The translations under genes were made by a program, and so were the position numbers. The notes beneath the pieces are model-generated. The model was not told the DNA's origin. It did not search any database and saw nothing but the letters and a program-made list of their open reading frames with translations. Shown here in pieces: positions 44,168 through 54,800 of a DNA stretch of 64,000 nt; position 1 is the first letter of the stretch, and every line of letters starts with the position of its first letter. The DNA comes from Selaginella moellendorffii (Eukaryota > Plantae > Lycopodiophyta), in NCBI RefSeq assembly GCF_000143415.4, contig NW_003314271.1, positions 434,001 to 498,000 on the forward strand, given 5' to 3'.

Positions 44168-44300
44168 GATTGTTGGATTATTGGATGAGCTATAATGTTT
44201 GTTAGATTGTTGGATGGCTATAATGTTTGTATTAAATTGTTAATGGCTATTTAATGTTTGTTGGATTGTTGGATGGCTATAACATTTGTATTAAATTACA
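44168..44300. repeat. Imperfect minisatellite, about 28-30 bp unit (gattgttggatggctataatgtttgtatta), about 4 copies
   Basis: Seen directly, adjacent to the gypsy remnant. Confidence 0.8.
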
Positions 44301-46372
44301 ATTGAAAATTAAGTTAACTTGCCAACTCAAATTTTCAACTTGTGAACTGAAGAATGGTTTATACTTAACTAGGGTATGCATTGACATGATCTTCCCATCA
44401 TTGATATGCCCTTCTATCTACTACATATAGCTTCCATATGCCCACTCTTTTATGCATGGCTCCTACCCACCCACTCAATTGTCTATAACTTTTACCTACA
44501 CTCCCACCCACCCACTCGCTTCCATCCCTGCCTATGCCCTAGCGTGTGCCCTAATTATTTTCCATGTGGCCAAAGGCTCAACACTTAGCCAGCCAACTAT
44601 AGGGAATACACTAAGAGTTTTTACAAAATTTTGGATTTTGTGTTTATAGGGGGTAAATATCTTTTCTACTTTATAAGAGGTTTTTTATTATACTCTATAT
44701 TGGAATTTCCTGCTAATTATTTAATTTTTATGTTGAACTCTATATGAATTATTATTGTGAAACTTTGAATCATGGATTACTTTTTTCAAATTTTTTTGTA
44801 TTAACATTATTTATTGCTGCTGAATTATTTTTTAATTCCTATTTTTGTCAAATGTTTGGATACATTTTAGTTTTTTGTTGTTATTCCTAATTAAGAGTGC
44901 AATGTGTTTATTTAGAATGATTGTTTATGCAAGTGGTAATGAATATACTTAGAATATACTTGGATATTCTGGCATTTAATATTTAATTATACTAATCTAC
45001 TGTAAATTATACACATATTTGTAATTTATAAAGTTTCTTAAACACCTTTGAGTATATTCTAACTTATTCTATAATATTGTTAATATGCAATTAAATTAAT
45101 CCTTTTTTGTAAATTATAAATACATTTATAGTTTATAAGCTTTCTTTTAATTCTTCTTAATATTTTTCTCTAGCTTCAATATTTCAGGCATTTTTGTCAT
45201 GATTTTCAACAGTTATATTAGTGATTCTGTGGGAGCTTTTGTGGCAAACAGTTTATAATTGCCCAATAGAACTTTCAAATGTTCTACTTGATTTATCATT
45301 ATCATATTTTCATCTTCCAAAGAGGAGGATGATATAAATTCTGTAAATACATTTGCTCCCTTCTTAGGTAATACATTAGTATACTAATATAGCATATAAA
45401 TTGTCCATTTGGGACTAAATTTAGTTTATCCATTATTATATTTAAGTAGAGGTTTAAACCCCAATTAATATACTTATTCTCGTATCCTTAGTTATAATGA
45501 TGAGATATTTTAATTTATTATACAAAAATATTCTTAGCATATCTAAAGAATGTATATATTCTAACAGAATATTCTTTAGTCACACACTGGTTATGAAGTA
45601 TAATGAGACAGGATCCACATGTCTATCACCGTGTTCCTACACCATGTGGGAGTCACTGGGTGGAAATCAGTTCTCATGACCTTCAACAATGCCTTCTATG
45701 CACCTCCAGCCAAGTATCTCTATCATGTTGCATAGCCTTCCAACCTGTGCAGGCTCAACTCCATGGGACCCCTTGGGCCAAGAGGGATCTCCCTAGTCTC
45801 CTGGAAAATCAGGCTGCTTTGCACCACTTGGCTATCTACCTGCATAGAATGGAGGACATTCGGGCAGCTCAAGCACAAGAGAGTGTAGGGAGTATCCCTC
45901 TTGTTCCAAGTGGTCTTATGCCTAACAAGCCCCAGAAACGACGAGTGTGTGGTACTGGGAAATTTGGCCAAGTGATTGTTTGAATCAGTTGTGAGGACAA
46001 TGGTGTTCTAGGATCTCGTGCTACCGTGCTACTGGGCTCCAACGTTAAATGCCCGGGTGAGTATTTTGGGAGGATTCAGTGGCTTTAGTGACTGGCAAGC
46101 TTTGGCAAGCCTTTTCTATGAGCCATGATGCCGGGAATGAAGAATGCAATAAGGAGCTCGATTGATTGTGCCCGACATAAAGTTTATTTTATTTTATTTT
46201 TAGATGGAACACAAAATATCTTCTGTGGCCGTTCCAGGCCATCAAATTTCAAATGAGCCCTTGGTGGGGTGATGTGATATTCACCCCACGGACCATCTGG
46301 AGATCTCGCGAAATCGCTCGTGGAACGGACATTTCCCCCAGCTTAAGCGACAAGTTTGTGACTTGGAGCTTC

Positions 46373-46640
46373 TTGAGCTTGGAATAAAATCACCAAAAGC
46401 AAACGTTATATTTCAAGAATCAGCTCATTGAGGAGAAATGGATGAACCAGTGCATTGTTGATGGATGGGTTCACCACCCAAGGAAAGAGCAACCAAGACG
46501 AAGGAGACTTCAAGAGCTTGGTTCTGGATCTTTTTGGTTTTTTTTTGTTGTGTGTGTGTAAAACATTTCCTCCTCAGCCCTTCTTCGCATTAATAAAAAA
46601 ACAAACAAAGCCAAAAAAGAGCTCCAAGCTTTGCCATGTC
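46373..46640 (-). pseudogene. Remnant of aegerolysin signal-peptide exon and intron
   Basis: Segments cttgagcttggaat, aaaatcaccaaaagcaaa, gaaccag..cattgtt and gagctccaagctttgccatg match 42436-42628. Confidence 0.75.
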
Positions 46641-46799
46641 GTGCCATTTCGTTTTGACTTCAGTAAACCTGATAAACGACTAATTAATACAAAGCTATAA
46701 ACTTTAAATTTTAAATTCAAACAAAAAATTCAGAAAAAAAAAAACTACATGCACTGGTTGCCATTCATTTTCTCACGAATTCGAATCCAGCTGATCAGA

Positions 46800-47802
46800 A
46801 TGTCTTGTTCCTGCTCTTTGACGAGCCATGGAGAATCAAGCGTCGCGGCTAGTACCACCACCAAATTCTTGCACAAGAGTTCTTCCACCACAAAATCTGG
46901 ATGGACTCGCTTGAAATCGCCCAGAAAATCAGGTTTGTCCTCGACGTGCTCGACACGCGGGAGGGTCGTGTGCGACATCTCCGATTACATTGGCGGGGAT
47001 TTGCTGCGCTTCGACAGGGGCAAATTCTACAAAGATGTGGAGAAATTCGGCTCCATTGCCATCTATCCTCCTCCAGAGGGAGGCTACGAAGGGAGGTACG
47101 CAAACAAGCTCCAAATGGAAGGCTACCATATCATGGCCATGAGCGCCAAGGGATTGGGAGACCTCGAATCTTATCTCACCAAAGTTCATGGAGTTCGCCC
47201 AGTAAGTTAGAATTTAATGTAGAAGTTGTTCTTTTCTTATGTATGTTTTTTTTTTAGCCTCATCTGGGGAAGCAAGCGATTTCAGTGTGGTATTTCCCTC
47301 CCGAGATCGATTATAGATTGTCTATGCTTCCAGAAGATTGCAAGGGCCTCGTTCTATGGCTTCTCGAATGCGAGGTAAACAAACAAACAAAAAAAAAAAA
47401 AACAAGAGTGGATTCTTAGCTCTAGATACTTTTTGGAATTTGTGCTTGTTTCTTAGGTGCTGTCCAAGGCAGAGCTCCAGTTTCTAACTTTGTTGCCTGC
47501 GCTACGCCCCAAAGTCCGGGTCATTGCCGAGTGTGGAGGATGGTAACTTGGATAGAATCGATCTGGATCAAATCTAAGTGATGCTAAACTTGCTTTTCCA
47601 CAGGCGAAAGTTTGTGTGGACACCTCTCAAGAACATTGCCGGGACATCGGTTCCAGACGAATCCCAAGTTTCCAAAGAGATAAGCAAGCCTTTGGTGCTC
47701 GTCCCAGAGCAAGGGAAGGATTTGGTCGTTCCAGATCCCTCCAGATCATCGCCCGAAGCATCAGCACAAGAGCAACAAGAAGCGAACACCCTCTCATCTT
47801 GA
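46800..47802 (+). CDS. ndhN: NAD(P)H-quinone oxidoreductase subunit N, chloroplastic (4 exons)
   Basis: Transit peptide; DYIGGDLL, AIYPPPEGGYEGRY, SAKGLGDLESYLTKVHGVRP|PHLGKQ, KGLVLWLLE, VRVIAECGGW|RKFVWTPLK. Confidence 0.93.
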
Positions 47803-49104
47803 TCATCTCGAGATCTTCCAAGTTTCAAGAAACTCGTCTTCCCCGTACAAACTTAGACTGGATTCGATGATCGCGACAAAATGCGGATTAGAAGGATCAA
47901 ACTGTGTGTTCTCCTCATGTCAATCATTGACGGTATAGTCCAAATTATGGAAACAGTTGTCTCCATTCCACCGTCCAAGCAAGAGCCCTAACCTTGAAAA
48001 GGTGACAAAGCGTAAATCTAAGGAATCTCAGCGACATGCTTCCATGTTTTGTGGCGCATTGCGCGGGCCAAGACGTGCCCGACCCGTCGGTCCGGTTGGT
48101 TGGTTGGCCATGCATGACATTCGGACATTGGTGGCACGAACAAAAATTTAACATGCCACGCTTCTCTTGGCGTTTGTAACCATTGTTCCATTTTTCTAAG
48201 TTGATCAAATCCAAGCTTGGTTTGTTTGTATGTTTCAAGTTGACCTAACATCTTGATCTAGATCCCAAAGGATTGAGGGGTGCATTGCATCTAACCCATA
48301 GTTTTATCGATTTGATCCAGCGCTTTGGAACGGGATGGTTATTCTCTTGGCAGAAGACAATGTCACAAATTAGCTGGTCTCACGTTTCCAAAGGGTTTGT
48401 TTTGTGTGCTTGGAATTAAACAAATTTGAGCGCGAATGATTGTAGCTTTGAATGCAAGCTAGATCGATCCATTCACACTACTCGAGTTTTAAAATTTTCG
48501 TGGCAAAGGTGTGAGGGCACGACGAAATATCCCACAACTACGTGGGAGAGCCGTAATTGATCTTTACCTGTTTGAAAATCTCACGAGAAATTTCAATGTG
48601 GGAGGGAGGGAATGAAAACCATGACACACATGGTTTTGCGGGGGCAAAATTTATGGGAAGTTGACGGACGAGACGGGGAATTATAAGTGTACGGACGGGT
48701 TCCACTCCGGTGGGGGTTTCTTTTTGGTTTCTCTTGTCCTTTGGTTTGGGCCACACTGGTCATTTCGGCGAGCCCTAAAACCGGGGTTCTTCTACTACAG
48801 GCATTACGCACGGTGGCGCTGGCAGCCCAGCGCTTCGATCCACGCGCGGCGCCCGCGCTTCGATTCCTCCAGTTTGATGCGGTTTCCTCGCTCTCCTGCG
48901 CGCCTTGGATGATATTTCGATCAGTCGGCCATCCGATTCCTCCATCTCCCCGGTCCGGATTTCGCGATCCGCTCGCCGTGGATGTGAATTCCTCCTCCTC
49001 TCGGGCTCCTCTCTCCTGTGGCGGAGCTTGGAATTCGTCGGGATCGGCGGATCGCAGGGATTTTCTTTCCACCGCTTCCAAGAAAGTGGAATATTTCCCA
49101 AGAT

Positions 49105-50391
49105 ATGGATTCTTCGACGGCGGCGGCGGCGGTGTCATCGATCCTGCCGGGCGCAGGATCCAGTGTGGGAGTGACAGTTGCAGGATCGCCCACGGCGGAG
49201 GAGGATTCTTCTTCTTCCAGGAAGAATTCCAGGAGCAGTAGCGGCGGCGGATCCAAGCAGCAGCAAAAGAAGAAATTCGTGGGTGTGAGGCAGAGGCCGT
49301 CGGGGCGATGGGTAGCGGAGATCAAAGATTCGACGCAGAAGCTCCGGCTGTGGCTGGGCACTTTCGACAATGCCGAGGACGCCGCGCGGGCATACGACGA
49401 CGCCGCGAGAGCTCTCCGCGGCGCCAACACCCGGACCAATTTCAAGCTGCCAGGGAACGCTAGCGGACGATTCTCCAAGGCGACGCGGATGCTCCTCCAG
49501 CGCGTCGCGATGAGATCGTCTGGCAGCGAGGCTCTCAAGGAGAATCAAGCCTTGATCGCCAGCGACAACAACAATCCAGGAGCCGTGGCAGTAGCGGGGG
49601 CATTTCCCCATGGCCTGTATCATGCCGCTGGTGGATCTTCTTCGGACTCTTCGCCCATGCAGAGCTTCTCTTCGCAGCAAGTCCCCGGCAAAGACAAGCT
49701 CGCCGCTGTAGATCCAGGCAAGTCCATAGCTCCTCGCGCTCTCCAGCAGCACCAATTCTACGGCACCTCTCCCTTCGGTGGTGGATTCCAATCGCCAGCG
49801 CTCGCCACCCAACAGCAAATCCACAGCAAGAGCGTCTATGGGGCGTTCATAGAGAAGCTTGGCAAGGTGCCAAGACCACCACCGCCACCTCCTGCCAAGC
49901 ACGATCTTCCATACGTGAATGGCTACCACGGGCCACTTATGTCCGAGAACGAACGCGCTCCTCAAGAGACGACGATGATGATGGAGTTCCAAGACGATCA
50001 AGGTGGTAGCGGCGGCGAGGACTACATTTTCAAGTCCTACTCCGCCACGTCCTCGCGCTTCATGTCTCCCTCGATCCGGGTACCTCCCTCCGACAGATAC
50101 AAAGTGGCCCCGTCCATTCACGTCTACAACACGGCGGCGCAAGCGGCGGCGGCGGCCGCTGCCGACCTGTCCGACTCCGACGCTCTCATCCAGGCTCCAA
50201 ACATCCGCGGGAGCGAATCGCCCATCATTCTCAACAAGGACGATCCGATGGTCTCGGCGGTCCCAGCGGCGGCGATGGCGATCAGCTCCTGCGACTCAGT
50301 CTCTCCCGGCCCCTCGACGCCCAGCGGCGAGGAGGAGGAATCGTCCAGCTTCTGGAGCTACTTCGACCAGGCGCTGTGTGCCGTGACTTGA
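49105..50391 (+). CDS. AP2/ERF transcription factor, ERN1/RAP2.11-like (group V)
   Basis: [57 protein letters not shown]; acidic C-terminal FWSY motif. Confidence 0.88.
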   Translation: MDSSTAAAAVSSILPGAGSSVGVTVAGSPTAEEDSSSSRKNSRSSSGGGSKQQQKKKFVGVRQRPSGRWVAEIKDSTQKLRLWLGTFDNAEDAARAYDDAARALRGANTRTNFKLPGNASGRFSKATRMLLQRVAMRSSGSEALKENQALIASDNNNPGAVAVAGAFPHGLYHAAGGSSSDSSPMQSFSSQQVPGKDKLAAVDPGKSIAPRALQQHQFYGTSPFGGGFQSPALATQQQIHSKSVYGAFIEKLGKVPRPPPPPPAKHDLPYVNGYHGPLMSENERAPQETTMMMEFQDDQGGSGGEDYIFKSYSATSSRFMSPSIRVPPSDRYKVAPSIHVYNTAAQAAAAAAADLSDSDALIQAPNIRGSESPIILNKDDPMVSAVPAAAMAISSCDSVSPGPSTPSGEEEESSSFWSYFDQALCAVT

Positions 50392-50992
50392 AAGCGAGGC
50401 AGGGCGAGAGCTTTCCGGTTGCGGCCAGCGCACACGAAAGAGGTAACGCGATCGTGCGCGATTTTTATACCACCACTCACTCGCTGGCTCACTCATTTCT
50501 CGGCGATCGCAGAGATAGGCAGACATGGAAAGGGAGGAAGTCCTCCAATCTAAATGCCGCGCGCGAGGCAGGCACCCACCAGCACTAGCAGCACTGACCC
50601 AGGAGAAGAGGAGGCTTCATTCATGTCGTGCATTCATTCTTCCAGAGACGATCTCGCGAAGCTGTAATTATACCGGCGTGTACAATCCGTTTTGCTTTTC
50701 ATGTTCCAGTCCAATAAGTAAACACGAGGTTTGCTCATACTTCGCTACAGAGAAAGAAAATCGAACAAAAGTACCTAGTGCCAACTCTTTTTTGTCAGTT
50801 CTCTTGATCAAACCAAATCAATCAATCTCGACCCAAATCGAGTTCTTTCCATGCGAAACAAAAGGATGAAATAATGGGTGAAGCTTGTTGGAGCACACAC
50901 CAAAAAAATCTCTGGCTTTTACTCTTCTCTTCGCTGGGTCTTGTAAGGAATCAGGTAATGGTACACGCCCCTCTTCTCCTTGTTGTTCTTCA

Positions 50993-52224
50993 TCAGAGAT
51001 CCCACCGCTTCTTTATTCTAAAGAGGAGCACTGCCTCCTGGAGATTGTTCTGCGGCAGCTGGAGCATCACCTGGAGCTTGCATTTCTTGGGGGCGGACTT
51101 GGCACCTTCGTCTTCCTTGCCAACCTGCGACGCACAAGAAGAGAAAGAACCGCTCTGTTAAAGAGTTTTCCCGTCCAGATAGAATAAGGAAAGCGAAAAC
51201 GAGAGCTCACCCACGCTGACGCCCAGCTCACTCCCACGTCCGAATCGTATCCCATCTTTATCTTGAAGTTCTCCGTTGCCTTGTGCTTGAATATGGCGCT
51301 CCACGCCTCGTTGTTGAAATTGTACATGTAGCTGCCATACGAAAGATTCAATGTAGCTTCCAAACTGCTTGAACTCTAAGCAGGAACCTTAGCTTGTTTG
51401 CTTCATCAAACTGCCGCTTGAAAGACACTGCTAGCGCCTGTGACGGCCATGATATCGTGGGGCACAGCGTCATCTCCTCATCCTGCCATGAGATCACAAA
51501 CGTCGCAGTCAAGAGAAAAAAAGTGGGAGGAGATTTGCTTACTTTGAACTTGTATTTGAGGGAGGCATTCTCTTCCTTGTAATCCGCAACGAAGACACCG
51601 CTCCCAAGTGACGCACCAACGAAGCCGCTGATAGATAAGGCCCGTGCTTCGTTCTTCATCTCGTCTTCCAGTTTGATCTCGCCATTGGGAAACGTGAAGC
51701 TTAGTCTCGGCTGACAAAGAAAAGAAGAATAAGTACTTGGAATTGTCAATGCCAGTAGTTCTTCCGAGTTGCGAGAGCTTACCCGGGATGTGGGGGGAGT
51801 TTCGGTAGCAATCTCGGCCTTGTATCTCGAGTCCTTAGTCGTTGCGATAATTCTCAGCTCGCCTTCTTGCGCCTGGAACTCTTTCGTCAATCTCAAGGCA
51901 TGGCACGATCGAACAGACCTTGACGTCCTGCATGTACTTTGCTTGCACATATCGGCCCAAGTTTGCAGACATTGTGACGAGCGCATTCTTTTCTTCGTAG
52001 TCGTAGAGCACGGAGAGATACTTGGTCACCAGCCCGAGCAAAGGATACCGGAATTCTCCCGACGGGTCTCTCTGGAACGAGGCCTTCAACTTTGCCATGC
52101 CATTAAGCATGCGAGCCGTGACTTTGTTCACCACGACGCTCGCCTCACTGTCATACTCGGATGACACTTTCATGGCCATGATCCTCCGCCAGTCATCCAC
52201 GTCTTTGGACGCTTGCAAATCCAT
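50993..52224 (-). CDS. OEP37: Chloroplast outer envelope pore protein 37, multi-exon
   Basis: KVSSEYDSE..VVVNKV....AKLKASFQ, SVLYDYEEKN, QEGELR, PRLSFTFPNGEIKLE, AVSFKRQF, KIKMGYDSDVGVSWASAWVG, LLFRIKKRWDL*. Confidence 0.88.
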
Positions 52225-52813
52225 CTTTGGGTGTGGCTGCAAGGACAACAAGATAACAATGCTGATAAGAAACTGAAAGAACAAAGGAGAAAATGACGAA
52301 ATTCCATCCCAACACGCCAAGAACCAAGCGATGGCCAAGAAATCCACAAGAAAATGCCAGACAAAGCCCTAGATCTACCAGCATTGCGAGATTGGCGAGC
52401 AAGGAGGAGCGAAATCACTTACACGGGGCTACCGATTTGGCGGAAAAGAAAACCCTGGCAGCTAAGATTAGTCCCGGCGCCCAAGAAACCGGGAGAGATC
52501 GCCTCGCCGCGGCGCCAGGATCCGCGCCATCGCCAATGCCGCGGCAGCTCACGATGGAAGGCGCGCTCCACAAAACCCCAGAAAAATCAATCCACGCCCT
52601 TCCTCCTTGTCCTCATCAAACCTAAAGTCCCTCTCTTCTTTGAGCTCGTGGAATACAGAGGGGAAAATTCAAACTTTTTCCTCCCTATATTTTAGAGTTT
52701 AGCCTTTTTCGCATTTTCTTTTTGTTTTTCCGAATAATGACAACCACAACCAAAAGGATACATGGAATATTCATATAATTTACAAAATTAAAGGTGGTGT
52801 TGATTTATAAACC

Positions 52814-54237
52814 CTAGGATTCATCGTCCCAGAGATCTTGGAGGGTTTTGTAAGGGCCATTGGTGGCATTGCAAAAGAACCAGCACGTATTCGTTCGCCG
52901 CTGGCTGATCTCCTGGAGATCCCGCATGTGTTGCTCACTCAAATCCCACCCAAACACGTCAAAGTTCTCCTCAATCCGCGAGGGATTAAAACTCTTGGGA
53001 AGAACACTCGCCCCATTCTGGACCCCCCATCGCAGAGCAACCTGGGAAAAAAATTTAAGGAATCCTGGAACTTAGCAGAGGATGGAAGTTTTTGGGCTTG
53101 TCCTGTCTTTGCTTCGGATTCTGGAAAGAAAAGTTTGATTTTTCTTTCTTACCTGGGCTGGAGTTTTGCCGAGCTTGAAAGCTATAGCATTGATCACAGG
53201 GTGTTGAATCACTTCTGTGGTGCCGTAGTACGTGCCTGGCGCAGCAAGGGGTGACCATGCACTGACGTGAATCCCCTTGGAGCTGCAAAATTCACGAAGA
53301 TGTCGCTGCTGCCAAACCGGATGCATCTCCACCTTGACAAGCAACGGTCGTCATTTCTTTTAACACACAAACAATCAAGACAAAGTTCTATTTTCTTCTT
53401 CTTTCCTTGTGAAAAGAGAATCAAGAGAAAGAAGAACTAAAGAGGATACTAAAGAGAATTAAAAGAAGAACCATCAAGAGAATAAGAATTATAAAGGATA
53501 AGAGAAAAACTTACTTGATCCACTGCAGGGGTGATTGTGGCGTAGCTGAGCAAATCGGTGAGCTTCTTGATGGAGAAGTTGCTGACACCGATCGATTTGG
53601 CGAGGCCCAGGCCGATGCATTTCTCCATCTCACGCCAGGTGCTCTGGATGTCCACCGGGAGGATCTCCTCCTCCTTTGGCGGGAGCTTAGTGCCCTTCTT
53701 GAGCTTCACCGGGAAATGCATCAGGTAGAGGTCCAAGTGATCCAACTGGAGCTTCCTAGATCAATGTGATTATATCGAATCTCTCTCTCTTTTCTATACA
53801 AGCAAGAAAAAAAAAAAGGACGAACTGTTACAAGCATGATTTTATACATACTTTAAGCTCCGTTGCAACGCAGGGATCACATCCTCAGGGTCGTGATCGT
53901 CGCACCATAGCTTGGATGTGATAAACATCTCCTCTCTCTTGACGATGCCACTGCCAAAAGCTCTTGACAGCGCATCACCAATCGCTGGCTCACTCCCATA
54001 AGAGCTCGCCGTGTCGATATGACGATAGCCAATCTGGAAAAAATCCACAAAACAAAACAAAGGATTCACAGTGGAAGACACAATGAGCAAGAGAAAGAGA
54101 AACACCTTGATTGCATGAAGCATAGCATCAGTGATCACATTCCGGGGCACGGCGAATCCAACGCTGCCGAGGCCGAGTGCTGGGATTGAATCCCCGGAAT
54201 TAAGAAGGTAACGCAGGGGTTTGGATTGAGTCGGCAT
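52814..54237 (-). CDS. Aldo-keto reductase (plant AKR4-type), multi-exon
   Basis: [13 protein letters not shown]; [11 protein letters not shown]; FITSKLWC; LDLYLMHFP (D-Y-K-H tetrad); IGVSNFS; QVEMHP; KTPAQVALRW; ends LQDLWDDES*. Confidence 0.93.
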
Positions 54238-54800
54238 TGCCTCGCCTGAAAGAAGAAAGACAAGGAAAGGATTTGGCGAGGAGACTGGAAAAAGAAGGAT
54301 CTATGAGCGAAATAGCAAGTGGAAGAACAGCTGATTTCTCGATATTTTCTCTTTTCTCCCACACTCTGTTTTTAGTTGGGTTTCTTTTTCCTTCCTCCTC
54401 CTTCCATTCGCTCCTTCTACTGTCCAAATCAATCCACAGGGAAAGTACTGGAATATGAATGAATTGGCAGCCAATCCGGGGGATTTGACTCCATGTCTGT
54501 GCTGGCGCTCTCGTTTTCATATTTAAGAAGGCACCATCAGCACAAACAAAGCTCATGTATGGCATACTTACAACAGTGGCAAAAAATTTGATCCTGGGAT
54601 CGGATCCAGGATCGGAGCGCCAGATGCAGCCAATTTGCCAACTCACTTGAAAGTCAGTGGACGAATCAAAGCCTTTTCTCCCACCATTGTCTATTTTGGT
54701 TTATCTTCAATGGTCATGGGAATCAAAGATTTGGGGCTTTTGGATTGTTCTGCAAAAAATTCTCCACTTTTCCACTGCTTAGCTGGAAAATGATTTGCAT

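Noticed and set aside
44168-44300. About 29-bp repeats as a possible CRISPR array
   Set aside because: Head-to-tail degenerate units without unique spacers, in a eukaryotic context with no cas genes.
49135-50142. 335-aa antisense ORF over the ERF gene
   Set aside because: Shadow of a GC-rich CDS with no domain signal.
54590-54613. Inverted repeat GATCCTGG-N8-CCAGGATC between the AKR and PPR genes
   Set aside because: An 8-bp stem is expected by chance in 64 kb; no supporting context.
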